NCBI RefSeq assembly: GCF_009914755.1
Contig: NC_060929.1
Reading direction: 5' to 3' (one strand)
DNA from: the human T2T-CHM13v2.0 reference genome, Homo sapiens
Length of the DNA stretch: 64,000 nt
The notes beneath the pieces were generated by a model that did not search any database, was not told where the DNA came from, and saw only the letters and a program-made list of their open reading frames with translations. Position 1 is the stretch's first letter. Each line of letters opens with the position of its first letter. A program made the translations under genes and the position numbers. Below are positions 37,327-49,166 of the stretch, in pieces.

Positions 37327-37780
37327 TTTTTTCATAAATTCTATAAATAGATGTGTGGTCATCCAGGCTTTGTTATTTGACTTACAGAGCATAGGCAGAG
37401 TACATTCAGCATAATTATTAAGGGCCCTAGGATTTTTGAACTGTTAATGAGTATTGGTTTTAACTTGAAGTCACCAACAGCATTACTTCCTAAGAAGAGA
37501 GTCAGCCTGTATTTTGAAGCTATGAAGCCAGGGTCTTTAGCTTTCTTATCATCTGTGTGTTGACTGAAGTAGAACTTTTCATTTCCTTCAAGAACGTTTT
37601 CTTTGCATTCACCACTTGGCTAAATGCCGAAAGATTCTAAGTTTTACACTATTTTGGCTTGCAACATGTCTGCTTCACTAAGGTTAATCATTTCTAGCTT
37701 TTGATTTAAAGTGTGGTACATGTAACTCCTTTCATTTGAACGCTTAGATGCCATTGCAGGGTTGTTAATAGGCCTAATTT

Positions 37781-38192
37781 TTTTCCTAAGATAATTCTGA
37801 ATTAAAACCGTCACATTTACTTTCTTATAACTTTCCAAACTGTAGCTATTCACAAAAGCTTTATAAATTTTAGGCTATTGACTTTTTTTTTTTGGTAATA
37901 CAACATTTTATCCCACATGGAGAATGGAGACAAATTTTTATCACAAAAGTTTCAAAACATTTAACTTTCACATGAGGTAATGCCAGTCCTGCAGTCTGCA
38001 TTATTCTCCACCAGCATCTGAGAGATGCAGTCCTTCAGCATGAGTTTAACAGCTTAGTTAGCTTTTTAACCACATACTCCAATTATAGTCAGGTTATAAA
38101 ACAGGAGATAATTTTCAGCATACCAAATCAAACCCATACAATTAATTACAGTAAATTTTCCTCTGATTATAAATGTTATATATTTCATGATG
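37781..38192 (-). pseudogene. Candidate orphan retroposed fragment (3'UTR-like) of unknown source
   Basis: Non-Tigger sequence between 15-bp direct repeats taataggcctaattt / taattggcctaagtt; T7 at the left junction and T11 at 37883-37893. Confidence 0.55.
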
Positions 38193-38802
38193 TAATTGGC
38201 CTAAGTTCAATAATGATGTGTCTCAGGGAATAGAGAGGCCTGAGGAGAGGGAGAAAAATGGGGGAATGGTTGGTCTGTGGAGCAGCCAGGAAACACACAG
38301 CATTTATCAATTAATTTTGCTATTTTATTTGGGTGTAGTTAGTGGCATCGAACACAATAGTAGCATCAAAGATCACTGATCACAAATAACCATAACAGAT
38401 ATTATAATAATAATAAATTTAAAATATTTCTAGAACTACCAAAATGTGATACAGAGACAATAAATGAGCTCATGCTTTTGGAAAAATTGCACTAATATAA
38501 TTGCTTGATGCAGGATTTCCACAAACTTTCGGTTTCTAACAAACACAAAATCTCTGAAGCAGCACAATAAAGCAAAGTCCAGTAAAATGTGGTATGCCGG
38601 TATAGAAATCTCCATTAATAGAGAAATAAACCCTTACGCTGAACTTCAGGATGACTCAGATGCACATTTGTACACCTAAATAAATAGATGTGTGGAATCT
38701 ATATCATGTAGGTGCATATGCATGTGTGTACGTAGGTTCATATATTTAAATGTGTCCATAAATATGTAATAGTAATTATAATATATATTTATTGGTTTCA
38801 TA

Positions 38803-40101
<1,299 letters not shown>

Positions 40102-40154
40102 TAAATGTGTCCACATGTACATAATAATTATAATATTTATTTATTGGTTCTATT

Positions 40155-40225
40155 GTTTTTCATCTGTAAAATAGAAATAGTAATAATACCTACTAGCGTT
40201 TTAGTAAAGATTAGAATTAATCAAC
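40155..40225 (+). mobile_element. MIR fragment
   Basis: 'tttttcatctgtaaaatagaaatagtaataatacctact'. Confidence 0.55.
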
Positions 40226-40898
40226 GTATTACTTATGTTATTTTATCCATGTTCCAAAATGATTTTCAGTGACTTCTAAACATCACCAACCTAATTAAAA
40301 TGGAATTAATTGCAAATAAATATGCAAACAAGTACAAAAAATATAGAGAAAAGGTGAATTCGAGAGCAAGTTTAATATTAAACATAGGCATATGTCTCCA
40401 TATGCACAATTATAACACATATATATACATGCACACATACCTAGGCATACATATTATATATATGTATATCCTATAGCAAACCTTGTCTCTAAATTTCCTC
40501 TTAAAGGTGGTACACATTGTCTAAATCATTCAAAGTACATTTCATTTTCCCACTCTCCTCAGTATCTGTGTATACAGAAATATCCCCTCGCTAACCTAAG
40601 TAAAATTTCTTAAACTGATTCATTTTGTACATGACATCACTATTTGTCAGATTATCTATATTCATGGTGTTTTGCACCCAGTAATTGATAATTTAAAGCA
40701 ATCCTTTCTGTCAGGTTTGGGCACGTAATATTGTGTACAAGCAATTATAAACATATTTGTGAAAAAGATTAAATTTGGCTCTCCATCGAATCAGGAATAT
40801 CAAGCTTTAGACAAATTGGATATATCAGCATTTTCAGACATCTAATTGTTAATGTTTTTATTGATAAATGAATAAGAAAGAGCTAGATGATAACAAGG

Positions 40899-41334
40899 CA
40901 CTTGGCCCATGAACAACACAGGTTTGTACTGCACTGGTACACTTATACATGGATATTCTTTTACCTCTGCCACTTCTGAGACAGTAAGAACAACCCCCTT
41001 TTCTGCTCCTCCTCCTCAGTCTATTCAGCATGAAGACAATGAGTATGAAGACTTTTATGATGATCCACTCTCACTTAATAAATAGTATATATATTTTTTC
41101 TTTCTTATAATTTTCTTGATACCATTTTATATTCTCTAGCTTACTTCAGTAATACAGTATATAATGTGTATTACATATAAAATATGTGTTAACTAACGTT
41201 TATGTTATCAGTAAGGCTTTCAGTCAACAATAGGCTATTAGTAGTTCAGTTTTAGGGGAATCAACAGTTATACCTGGGTTTTTGACTGGGTGGGGTTAGT
41301 GCTCCTAAGCCCCACATTGTGCAAGGGTCAACTG
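40899..41334 (+). mobile_element. Tigger2a (MER28) non-autonomous DNA transposon, full length
   Basis: TIRs 'cacttggcccatgaacaa' / 'ttgtgcaagggtcaactg'+TA; internal 'gaagacttttatgatgatccactctcacttaat'. Confidence 0.9.
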
Positions 41335-41369
41335 TATAAACTTTATCCTTTGTACTCAATTATGCATAC

Positions 41370-41560
41370 TGCTGTGAAGATACTTTGCAGATGAATCAAG
41401 GTCTCAAATCAATTGAACTTCAGATGATCAGGTGGGCCTGGCCTAATCACATAAGCCTGTTAAAAGCAAAGATTTTTCTCCAGCCGATTATACAAGGGAA
41501 GATTATAGATCTGTATTCATACAAGCCTGGAAAGAAATAAACATCTGCGTTGTGAACTAC
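41370..41560 (+). mobile_element. MLT1E/F LTR fragment
   Basis: 'ctttgcagatgaatcaaggtctcaaatca...caggtgggcctggcctaatcacataagcc'. Confidence 0.5.
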
Positions 41561-41699
41561 CTTCATTTCATAACAAAGCCTTGGTCATCTCAAGTCTTCA
41601 TTGAATCAATGTAATCAGTCTCTTACCATAGCTGCCTGACAGAATAAGCATGAGCATTTTGGGGTATAAATAACATTTACTTCAATTTGGATAGTGTTT

Positions 41700-42570
41700 T
41701 AAAACACAGCATCTGGTAAACAATTACAAATTAGGTGACCTACAGGAAAATGTAATATTTAATAAAGTCATTAGTAATTTTGAAGCAGATTAGCTAGCCA
41801 TTTGAAATATCATGCAGGGGGTTTAAAACAATTATAATTAATATTTTAACAAGCCTAAAGGAAAAGATGAAAAGGTTGAGAATTTTAGTACAAAGAAAGT
41901 ATCTCTAAAAACCAACCAACCAAATAGAAAATGCTATCTGGAATAAAGGTTTCAATGCATGGACTTAATACCAGACTAGATATATCAGAAGGAAGATACA
42001 TAGAAAGGTCTATAGAAACATTTAAACTGATGAACAGAGGAGAAATAAAAGACTGGAAATGAACAAGAATATGAGAGACATGTTGGATGATATCAAATAA
42101 TCCACAGTATATGTAGTTAGAGTCTCAGAAGGAAAGGAGAGACACAATGGAAAATAAACATTTGAAAAGATAATGGCAAAAAGCTTTTCAAAAATAATAA
42201 AACCCTTATCAACACATTCAAAAGTTCTATAACTCCCAAACAGGACAAATATAATGACAAAATACACTTAGACACATAGTCAAATTACTGAAAATTAAAG
42301 ATAAAGAGAATATCATAGCAAAGCTAGAGGAAGAAAAAAAGACACATTACAACAACCATATGAATTCATTTACTTCTCAAAAAACAGTGTAATGAGTAGA
42401 AAAAAATAACTTTGCAAAAAAAAAAAAACCCACCAAACTTGTCAACCTAGAATTCAAGAAAGTGAAAAATATCTAATCTACTTCAGAAATGAAAGGAAAA
42501 TAGAAACATTTCAGACAAATAAAACGAGATAATATGTTACCAGCAGATTCCCAATATGAAAATTAATATT
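41700..42570 (+). mobile_element. Ancient L1M ORF1 remnant
   Basis: 'agagtctcagaaggaaaggagaga...tttgaaaagataatggc...tagacacatagtcaaattactgaaaattaaagataaagagaa...tgtcaacctagaattc'. Confidence 0.7.
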
Positions 42571-42962
42571 AAAAATTGTATATAATTTATATGAAAATCA
42601 TACATATTAAGGTCAAATTTCACATTTTTAGAAAAGTAGATTCCTCTGCTTAACAATTTTAATTAATGCATTCTTTATTTTAAATTCAAGCATTTTAATG
42701 ATTATAAAATACCAAATTTCTAATTCCTATAATTCTTTTTCAGGAAGGAATTGAAAGTGCAATAGTGAAGACCTTGGCAGGTGAAAATCACCATCTGTTT
42801 TTTGAACAGATACACATTAATATAAGGGATTGTGATTTCCTTGTAAACATTTAACTGTAAAGGTAAAGAAAACTCCAGTGTATATAGCAAGAAAAGGAAA
42901 CAGCAACCTGGGACTGGGGGAATAAAAGAAAATGTTTGGAATTGTTAAAATTTAGGCGTTTA

Positions 42963-44082
42963 CAGGTGAAGAGGCAATCCACAGAATTGGAGAAATTATT
43001 TGCAAACTATCCATCTGACAAAAGAGTAATAACCAGAATATATATGGAGCTCAAATAACTCATAGGAAAAAAAATCTAATAATCCAATTAAGATTGGACA
43101 AAAGATCTGAATAGACATTTCTCTAAAAAAGAAACAGAAATGGTAAACAGGTATATGATAAGGCACTCAATATCAATGATCATCAGAGGAATGCAAATTA
43201 AAATTACAATGAGATATCATCTGATGCCAAAAAATGGCTTAAATCCAAAAGACAGGCAATAATGAGAATACGTGAAGGTGTGGAGAAAGGAAACCCTCAT
43301 ACGCTGTCCCTGGGAATGTAATTTAGTACAAAAACTATGGAGAACAGAACAGAAGTTCCTCAGAACACTAAAAATAGTACTTCTATATGATGCGGCAAGC
43401 CCACTACTAAGTATATATCTATAATAAAGGAAATAGGGATATTGAAGAGGTAACTGCACTCTTGTGTTTGTTGCAGCATTATTTATAATAGCCAAAATTT
43501 GGAAGCAATCTAAGTGTCCATCAACAGATGAATGGATAAAGAAAATGTAGTACATGCATACAATGGAGTACTATTCAGCCATAAAAAAGAATGAGATCTT
43601 GTTATTTGCAATAACATGGATGGAACTGGAGATCATTATATTAAGCAAAAAAAAAGCCAGGCACAGAAAGACAAACTTTGCATTACTTATTGCAAAGCTT
43701 ATTTGGGAAAGCTAAAACTGAAAACAAACAAACTCATGGAGAGAGAATAGAATGATGGTTACCAAAGGCTGGTAAGGGTAGGGAGGGTGGAGAGAAGTGG
43801 GTATGGTTAATGGGTACAAAACTATAATTAGAATGAATAAGATCTAGTATTTGATAGCACAACAGGGTGACTACAGTCAACAATAATTTAGTGTACATTT
43901 CAACATAACTAAAAGGGTATAATTGTATTGTTTATAACACAAAGCGAGGATAAAAGGTTGAGGTGATGGATGCCCCATTTACCCTGATGCAGTTATTACA
44001 CATTGTATGCCTGTATCAAACTACATCCTGTATCCTACAAATATATACACTATGTATCCATAAATATTAAAAATTTAAAAAT
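42963..44082 (+). mobile_element. L1MA2/3-like 3' end (~1.1 kb)
   Basis: ORF2 C-terminal region 'ggagaaattatttgcaaactatccatctgac'; 3' UTR 'gaataagatctagtatttgatagcacaacagggtgactacagtcaacaataa'; A-rich tail. Confidence 0.9.
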
Positions 44083-44917
44083 TAAGAGTTTAGGGAAGGA
44101 GACTTAGATAAAACAAAACAAAACACTTACTTTAAGGATGGGACTACTGCTCAGTAATGGTAAATGTACACAGCAAGGAAAGAATGATGGACCCAGGAGT
44201 AGGAAAAAAAAATTATCCAGATTTCTCAGTGCTGTTAAATGGTCTTAGGTCACTCGCTGAGATACAGAAATGTAAGCAACGTATAAGAAGCTAATGCTGA
44301 TTTGACATACTATCGAAGCATTTTTCTCTTGGTATAATATGAGAATTTGATCTTTGGCCATTTTTCTAGTCAAGTGCTCTGAACTGAGAGGACCAAATAG
44401 TTACAGTATAGACTAAGACCCTAGGTTAACTCACAAAGTCCCATAAAGATTAAAGTGCTGTGTCCATGTATATTTATATTTCCAGAAATACAAAGTCCAG
44501 ACTTTGAAGACATCTCTAAGTCATAAAAGTCAGAAGCCCCAGGGTTTATTATCTGACCCTTAGAAAGATGTGCCTACATTGCAAGGTGTTAGAGTCAGGA
44601 CCCAGGATTATTCCAACTCATATCCAAGGAGCAAATGCTCTCTCTCTTTCTCTATGTATTTGCATGTATCCATGCATAAAAATATGTATAAATGTATACG
44701 TGTCCATTATTTGTTTATGTTTTTATAAAAATAACATTTTTTTTTTTCAGGAAGAACTAGGGACAACTTTGTCTTGTATATAAATGTTATCCCTCTTCCT
44801 TGCCTGTGAAGTGACTGGTTACTCTGGTATATTTTATTTTCCATCTGGCTTTCATTGATTTGTCCCATTGGTAAGGTCTATGGCAAAGGGGGGTCAACAT
44901 ACTTTTCTGTAAAGTAA

Positions 44918-45284
44918 TGCTGTAAACTGAATATTTCTGTTCTCCACAAAATAATATATTGAAGTCTTAATTATCAATGAGATGGTATTAAGAGGTGGGG
45001 ACTTTGGCAGGTGTGTAGGTCATGAGGTTGGAGCCCTTATGAGTGACATTAGTTCCCTTAGAAAAGAGACTCTGGAGTGCTCTCTCAACCTTGCTACCAT
45101 ATGAGGGCACGGCCAGGGGAAGGCTATCTATGAACTAGGAAGCAGGCCTTCATCAGACACCAAATCCGATGGTGTTTTGATTTAGGACTTCTCGGCCTCC
45201 AGATACGTGAAAAATACATTTCTCCTGCTTATAAGCCACCCAGTCTATGGTAGTTTGTTATAGCAGTTCATACAGATTGAGATA
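44918..45284 (+). mobile_element. MLT1A0-like solo LTR
   Basis: 'tgctgtaaactgaat...gatggtattaagaggtgggg...ataagccacccagtctatggtagtttgttatagcag'; TSD agtaa/ggtaa. Confidence 0.85.
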
Positions 45285-45369
45285 GGTAATTAATAAAAAT
45301 TTGTCTCTTATTCAGAACCTTCAACTGTTCATTCAAGATAAAGTTAATAATGACGAATGTTGAAAACTC

Positions 45370-45878
45370 AGCACTGGGCACCAGCTGGTGCTGCTGAAAG
45401 AATACAGAATAAAATTAGTGTTTCTAATATTGGCAAAAACTGCCAGCTGCACTCAGCTGTTGCTACAGGAAGAAATTTTCACTGCCAGAGTGAAAAAGTG
45501 TGTTAAGGTGATACTCACAAGTAGAGAAACAGACAAAAAGCCCACAAGAATGCCCCAGGAATTAAGAAGTCCCTTCCTCCTCCTCCAAGCTTATAGTCTC
45601 CTGGTGCCATCTATTTTCAGACCTTAACCCATTTATGTCAGGTGTTCCATTACTGGAACACTAAGCTTGTGGGAGTCATGTATATACTACTGCTCAAGGT
45701 CATCGCCAAGGTCTGATTTTTCACAAAAAACATTTGCAACCTGCAGGATAAATGGGCTAACAGGGAGCCATCTGGAACAGCAGAAATGTGCTTTTCACAG
45801 TCCCAGTCCCAAAATCAAAAAGGATTGTAGAAAAGAGCAAGTTTAGAGATGAGAGAAAATAAATTACTAACAGGCATA
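45370..45878 (-). mobile_element. Old ERVL LTR (LTR41-like), host of the MER85
   Basis: 'ctaacagggagccatctgg...gaaatgtg...agtcccagtccca...tttagagatgagagaaaataaattactaacaggcata' resembles the recalled antisense LTR41 start. Confidence 0.55.
45628..45756 (+). mobile_element. MER85 non-autonomous piggyBac (PGBD3-related) element
   Basis: TTAA-CCCATTTATG...ATAAATGGG-CTAA; palindrome TGTTCCA-ttac-TGGAACA at 45643-45660; 'tgctcaaggtcatcgccaaggtctgatttttcacaaaaaa'. Confidence 0.92.
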
Positions 45879-46655
45879 CGGTGTTTCTGAGAAAGGAGAG
45901 AATGTTTCATCAATTTATGTCATCTGATGCTGCTCTGATGTTTTTCTTTTTCTTGTTGAGATAGTATCATTTCAAGCTGAGGGGATGAGGAAACTTTTCA
46001 AGTTATTTTTTAAATGTATTTAAATTATTAATAGAAAGGAAAACAGATTTGTTCTCTAGAAAATTCATGTTAGAAAAAGTGTACAGATTGGTAAATACAA
46101 AAGCATGAGTCTATTAAACTATGTAAGATAGGATTAAAAAAGTAAAATAAATTAATAATAATCATAGGAAAGACATGAATTGAGTATTTCTTGATTTCAC
46201 AAGAAGACTAAAGTTTCATAAAAATAGCTTATACCTCTAAAAAATGTTGTTCCACCAGAAGAAAAAAGATGATTGAATGTGCTGCACCTTCATTCTGATG
46301 TTTGTCAGGATTTTTGAAGGAGTAAAAATATAGATGTACACATTCATAGATGTAAGAAAATGTCACCATAACTCCCTCTAGCAGAGAAGTGGATTTTGTT
46401 TAGTAAATACATTTATAACTGTCTTGTGGGGAAAGGTGAGACCCTAGGGGCAGTCATTAGGTAGCAAGTCTATAAAAGAACTAGCTAAAATTTTCTGTGT
46501 GATAAATAAAGAAGAGTCTGTAGAGTAAGAGAGAGATGATAGGAGGAAAAGGAAGATATGCAACAAGATGACGTGAAGCTAGTATTGAACGTGGAGGAAA
46601 GAGGTAATACAAAGTATCCCAAGAAATAAGATTTGAAAAGAACAATTACCAGCAT

Positions 46656-46969
<314 letters not shown>

Positions 46970-47029
46970 AATTAACAGCATGTATATCCACATTGCAACC
47001 TGAATGTGTCTGAGTTTGCTTTGTCAGCG

Positions 47030-47300
47030 TGTAGTAGAAGAAGGGTGGACTTTTGCCCAAACTTTGATTCAGATGTGCAGACTGCAAACCCCCGCCATAG
47101 AAATAGTTTATTATTCATGCAAGGGACTACAGGGGAGAGCACAGCTTGCACAAGCAGATCCAGACTGCCTTGCGGGAAGCAGAGGGAGTTAGCTCTTTCA
47201 CAGACGCTAGGGGGTGGGATTGGGGAAAAGTTCCCATGCTGGCTGGAGATGTACAAGGTTCATATTTCCCAAGGGTGCCAATGTACACCTTGTAATAAGT
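47030..47300 (-). mobile_element. Old ERVL-type LTR fragment (MER54/73/74 group, uncertain)
   Basis: 'tgtagtagaagaagggtggacttttgcccaaactttgattcagatgt...gtttattattca...ggggagagcacag'. Confidence 0.4.
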
Positions 47301-48809
47301 CTGTCCATATGTAGAACCAAAGGGGAAAGAAAGATGAAGTTTAAAACAATGTCAGTAGCCAAACATCAAAAAAACGGTTGGACTCTTTATTACAGAGTTG
47401 CTATGATGAAATGTCCTTCTCTAAACTCCAAATCTTCCATTAATTCTACTAGATTGATGTATTATATAGATGAGGTTTATGTTTATTACTGATTTTGTTT
47501 GGGTGAAATTCAAGGAAGATGCCAATATTTTACAGAACAACTATTGATGTCAGAGATGACATGAGAACATTAACTCTACAGTACCAGGAATATCTTTGAG
47601 GAGTTTAGCACAACTTATGTGCACTACTGGAGCTGAAGAGTTTTACTAGATTTGAAGTGGGAAAAAGATCTCAGCTAAAACAAAGGCAATCAGCACATAA
47701 AACATGTAAATTCAGTTGCAACTGAGCACTGTCATAACCACCTGGACTGTATTTCTTCAAATCTTAATAAAATTTAAGGTTACAGTTTTTTAAAAATAAA
47801 CTGTCAGTTATGTTTTATTTATATTTTATTATTAAACTTACCAGGAAAAGTTTATAATTTTTTATTAATTTTATTATCTACCTGGGCCTCAATGCACCTC
47901 TACAACCTGTTTACAACATTTGTATTTGTGAAGCCACAAAGATACGTATAAAACTTCAAATGTCTGTAGCTACTCACTTTTTTCCAATTCCCCTTTAAAA
48001 TATGTAAATGGAGAAAAATATTGTAGTATACCAAAATTATATCTACAAAATTTACTTCTTTCTTGAAAATAATTGCTAAATAAGTACATTACGTTGAAAA
48101 GTTTTAAAATTGTAAAATGAACGGAATTGATAGGTATCTCTGGATTTTCTTAGCTCACATTTCAACTAATGCATTAATATTCAATAGTAAAATTATAATT
48201 ATTTTGACATTATTTAAATGAACAAAACATTCTAAAAACAAAAATACAAATAATTGGTAATGACCTAAGAAAAACAAATTAATGGAAATATAAGTATTTT
48301 CAATCTATCACAACAATACCCTTAATAGCATTAAAGCACTGTGTTATCTGGGATTTAGTAAGTACACAGGACTCAAATTTTAAAGGACATTTAGATTTCA
48401 GAATTGTCTCTGGGGATATAGCATGATTAGGAATCATGACAGTAGAGATGACAGATGAACACACTTGAGAATCATAAAAGAATCACACTCTACTGTATTT
48501 AAATATGAGTGTAAGAGAAGAGAGGGGTAAATAATAGTGACTGTCTTCTGATTCAAACTGGTGGATAGATATTGCTTCATTGAAGTACACAGAGTTAAAT
48601 AAGGTGACGATGAGTATAGTTTTGGGCATGCCTATAAGATATTCAAGTGGAGACATCCAAGAAGCATAGATAAAGTCAGTATTGAATTTATAACTAAGCT
48701 TAGGTCTTGAAACAAAAATATGAATTATTATTGTTCTTATAATAAAACTGGTTGGTCCAGTTTCTTCTAATTTCTTTTACTCATTTAACAGTTAATAGTA
48801 CACAGAAGC

Positions 48810-49162
48810 TTTTGGTTTCCAGTCTGGTCTGTATGAAGTGTAGAAGCTTACTTGCTGTACTAACACCAAATAAAAAGTTGAACAAACTGAAAATTCAATA
48901 GCTCGTCTTAGATCCTTAGCAAAGTGAAGTCACAGGGCAAACCACTGCTCCCCAAACTGGAGAGACAGACAGGCGGGTATAGAGAATCACATCTTACTGG
49001 AGGGGAAACCTCTGCAGGAATGAGTGCCCAGTTAGAAAAGCCTAAACTTTAATTGGTGAAATGCTAGAAGTTCAGTGTGGAGAATTCTGAGAGTTAAAAT
49101 CTTAGGGAGACCCAGTCATAGGCGTGGCCTCACCCTTTTCTGGGTTTTACCTGCAAGAGCCC
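48810..49162 (+). mobile_element. Ancient L1MC 5' UTR fragment
   Basis: 'gaacaaactgaaaattcaa...gtcacagggcaaaccactgctccccaaactggagagacagacagg...tctgagagttaaaa'. Confidence 0.65.
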
Positions 49163-49166
49163 TGCA

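Larger units (their letters stand above)
35826..38600 (-). mobile_element. Tigger1 DNA transposon, fragmented (35826-36357, ~37335-37780, 38193-38600)
   Basis: ORF 37644-37853(-) contains 'MASKRSNERSYMYHTLNQKLEMINLSE', the Tigger1 transposase N-terminus; 5' TIR 'aaaatgtggtatgccgg'+TA at 38584-38602; C-terminal part at 35826-36357. Confidence 0.9.

Noticed and set aside
37644-37853. ORF with a Tigger transposase N-terminus (TIGD1-like domesticated gene?)
   Set aside because: Only about 35 aa match before a stop; the rest of the transposase is deleted or interrupted by L1
46972-47492. Four overlapping ORFs in a GC-richer patch
   Set aside because: Coincide with a probable old LTR fragment; no protein motif recognised
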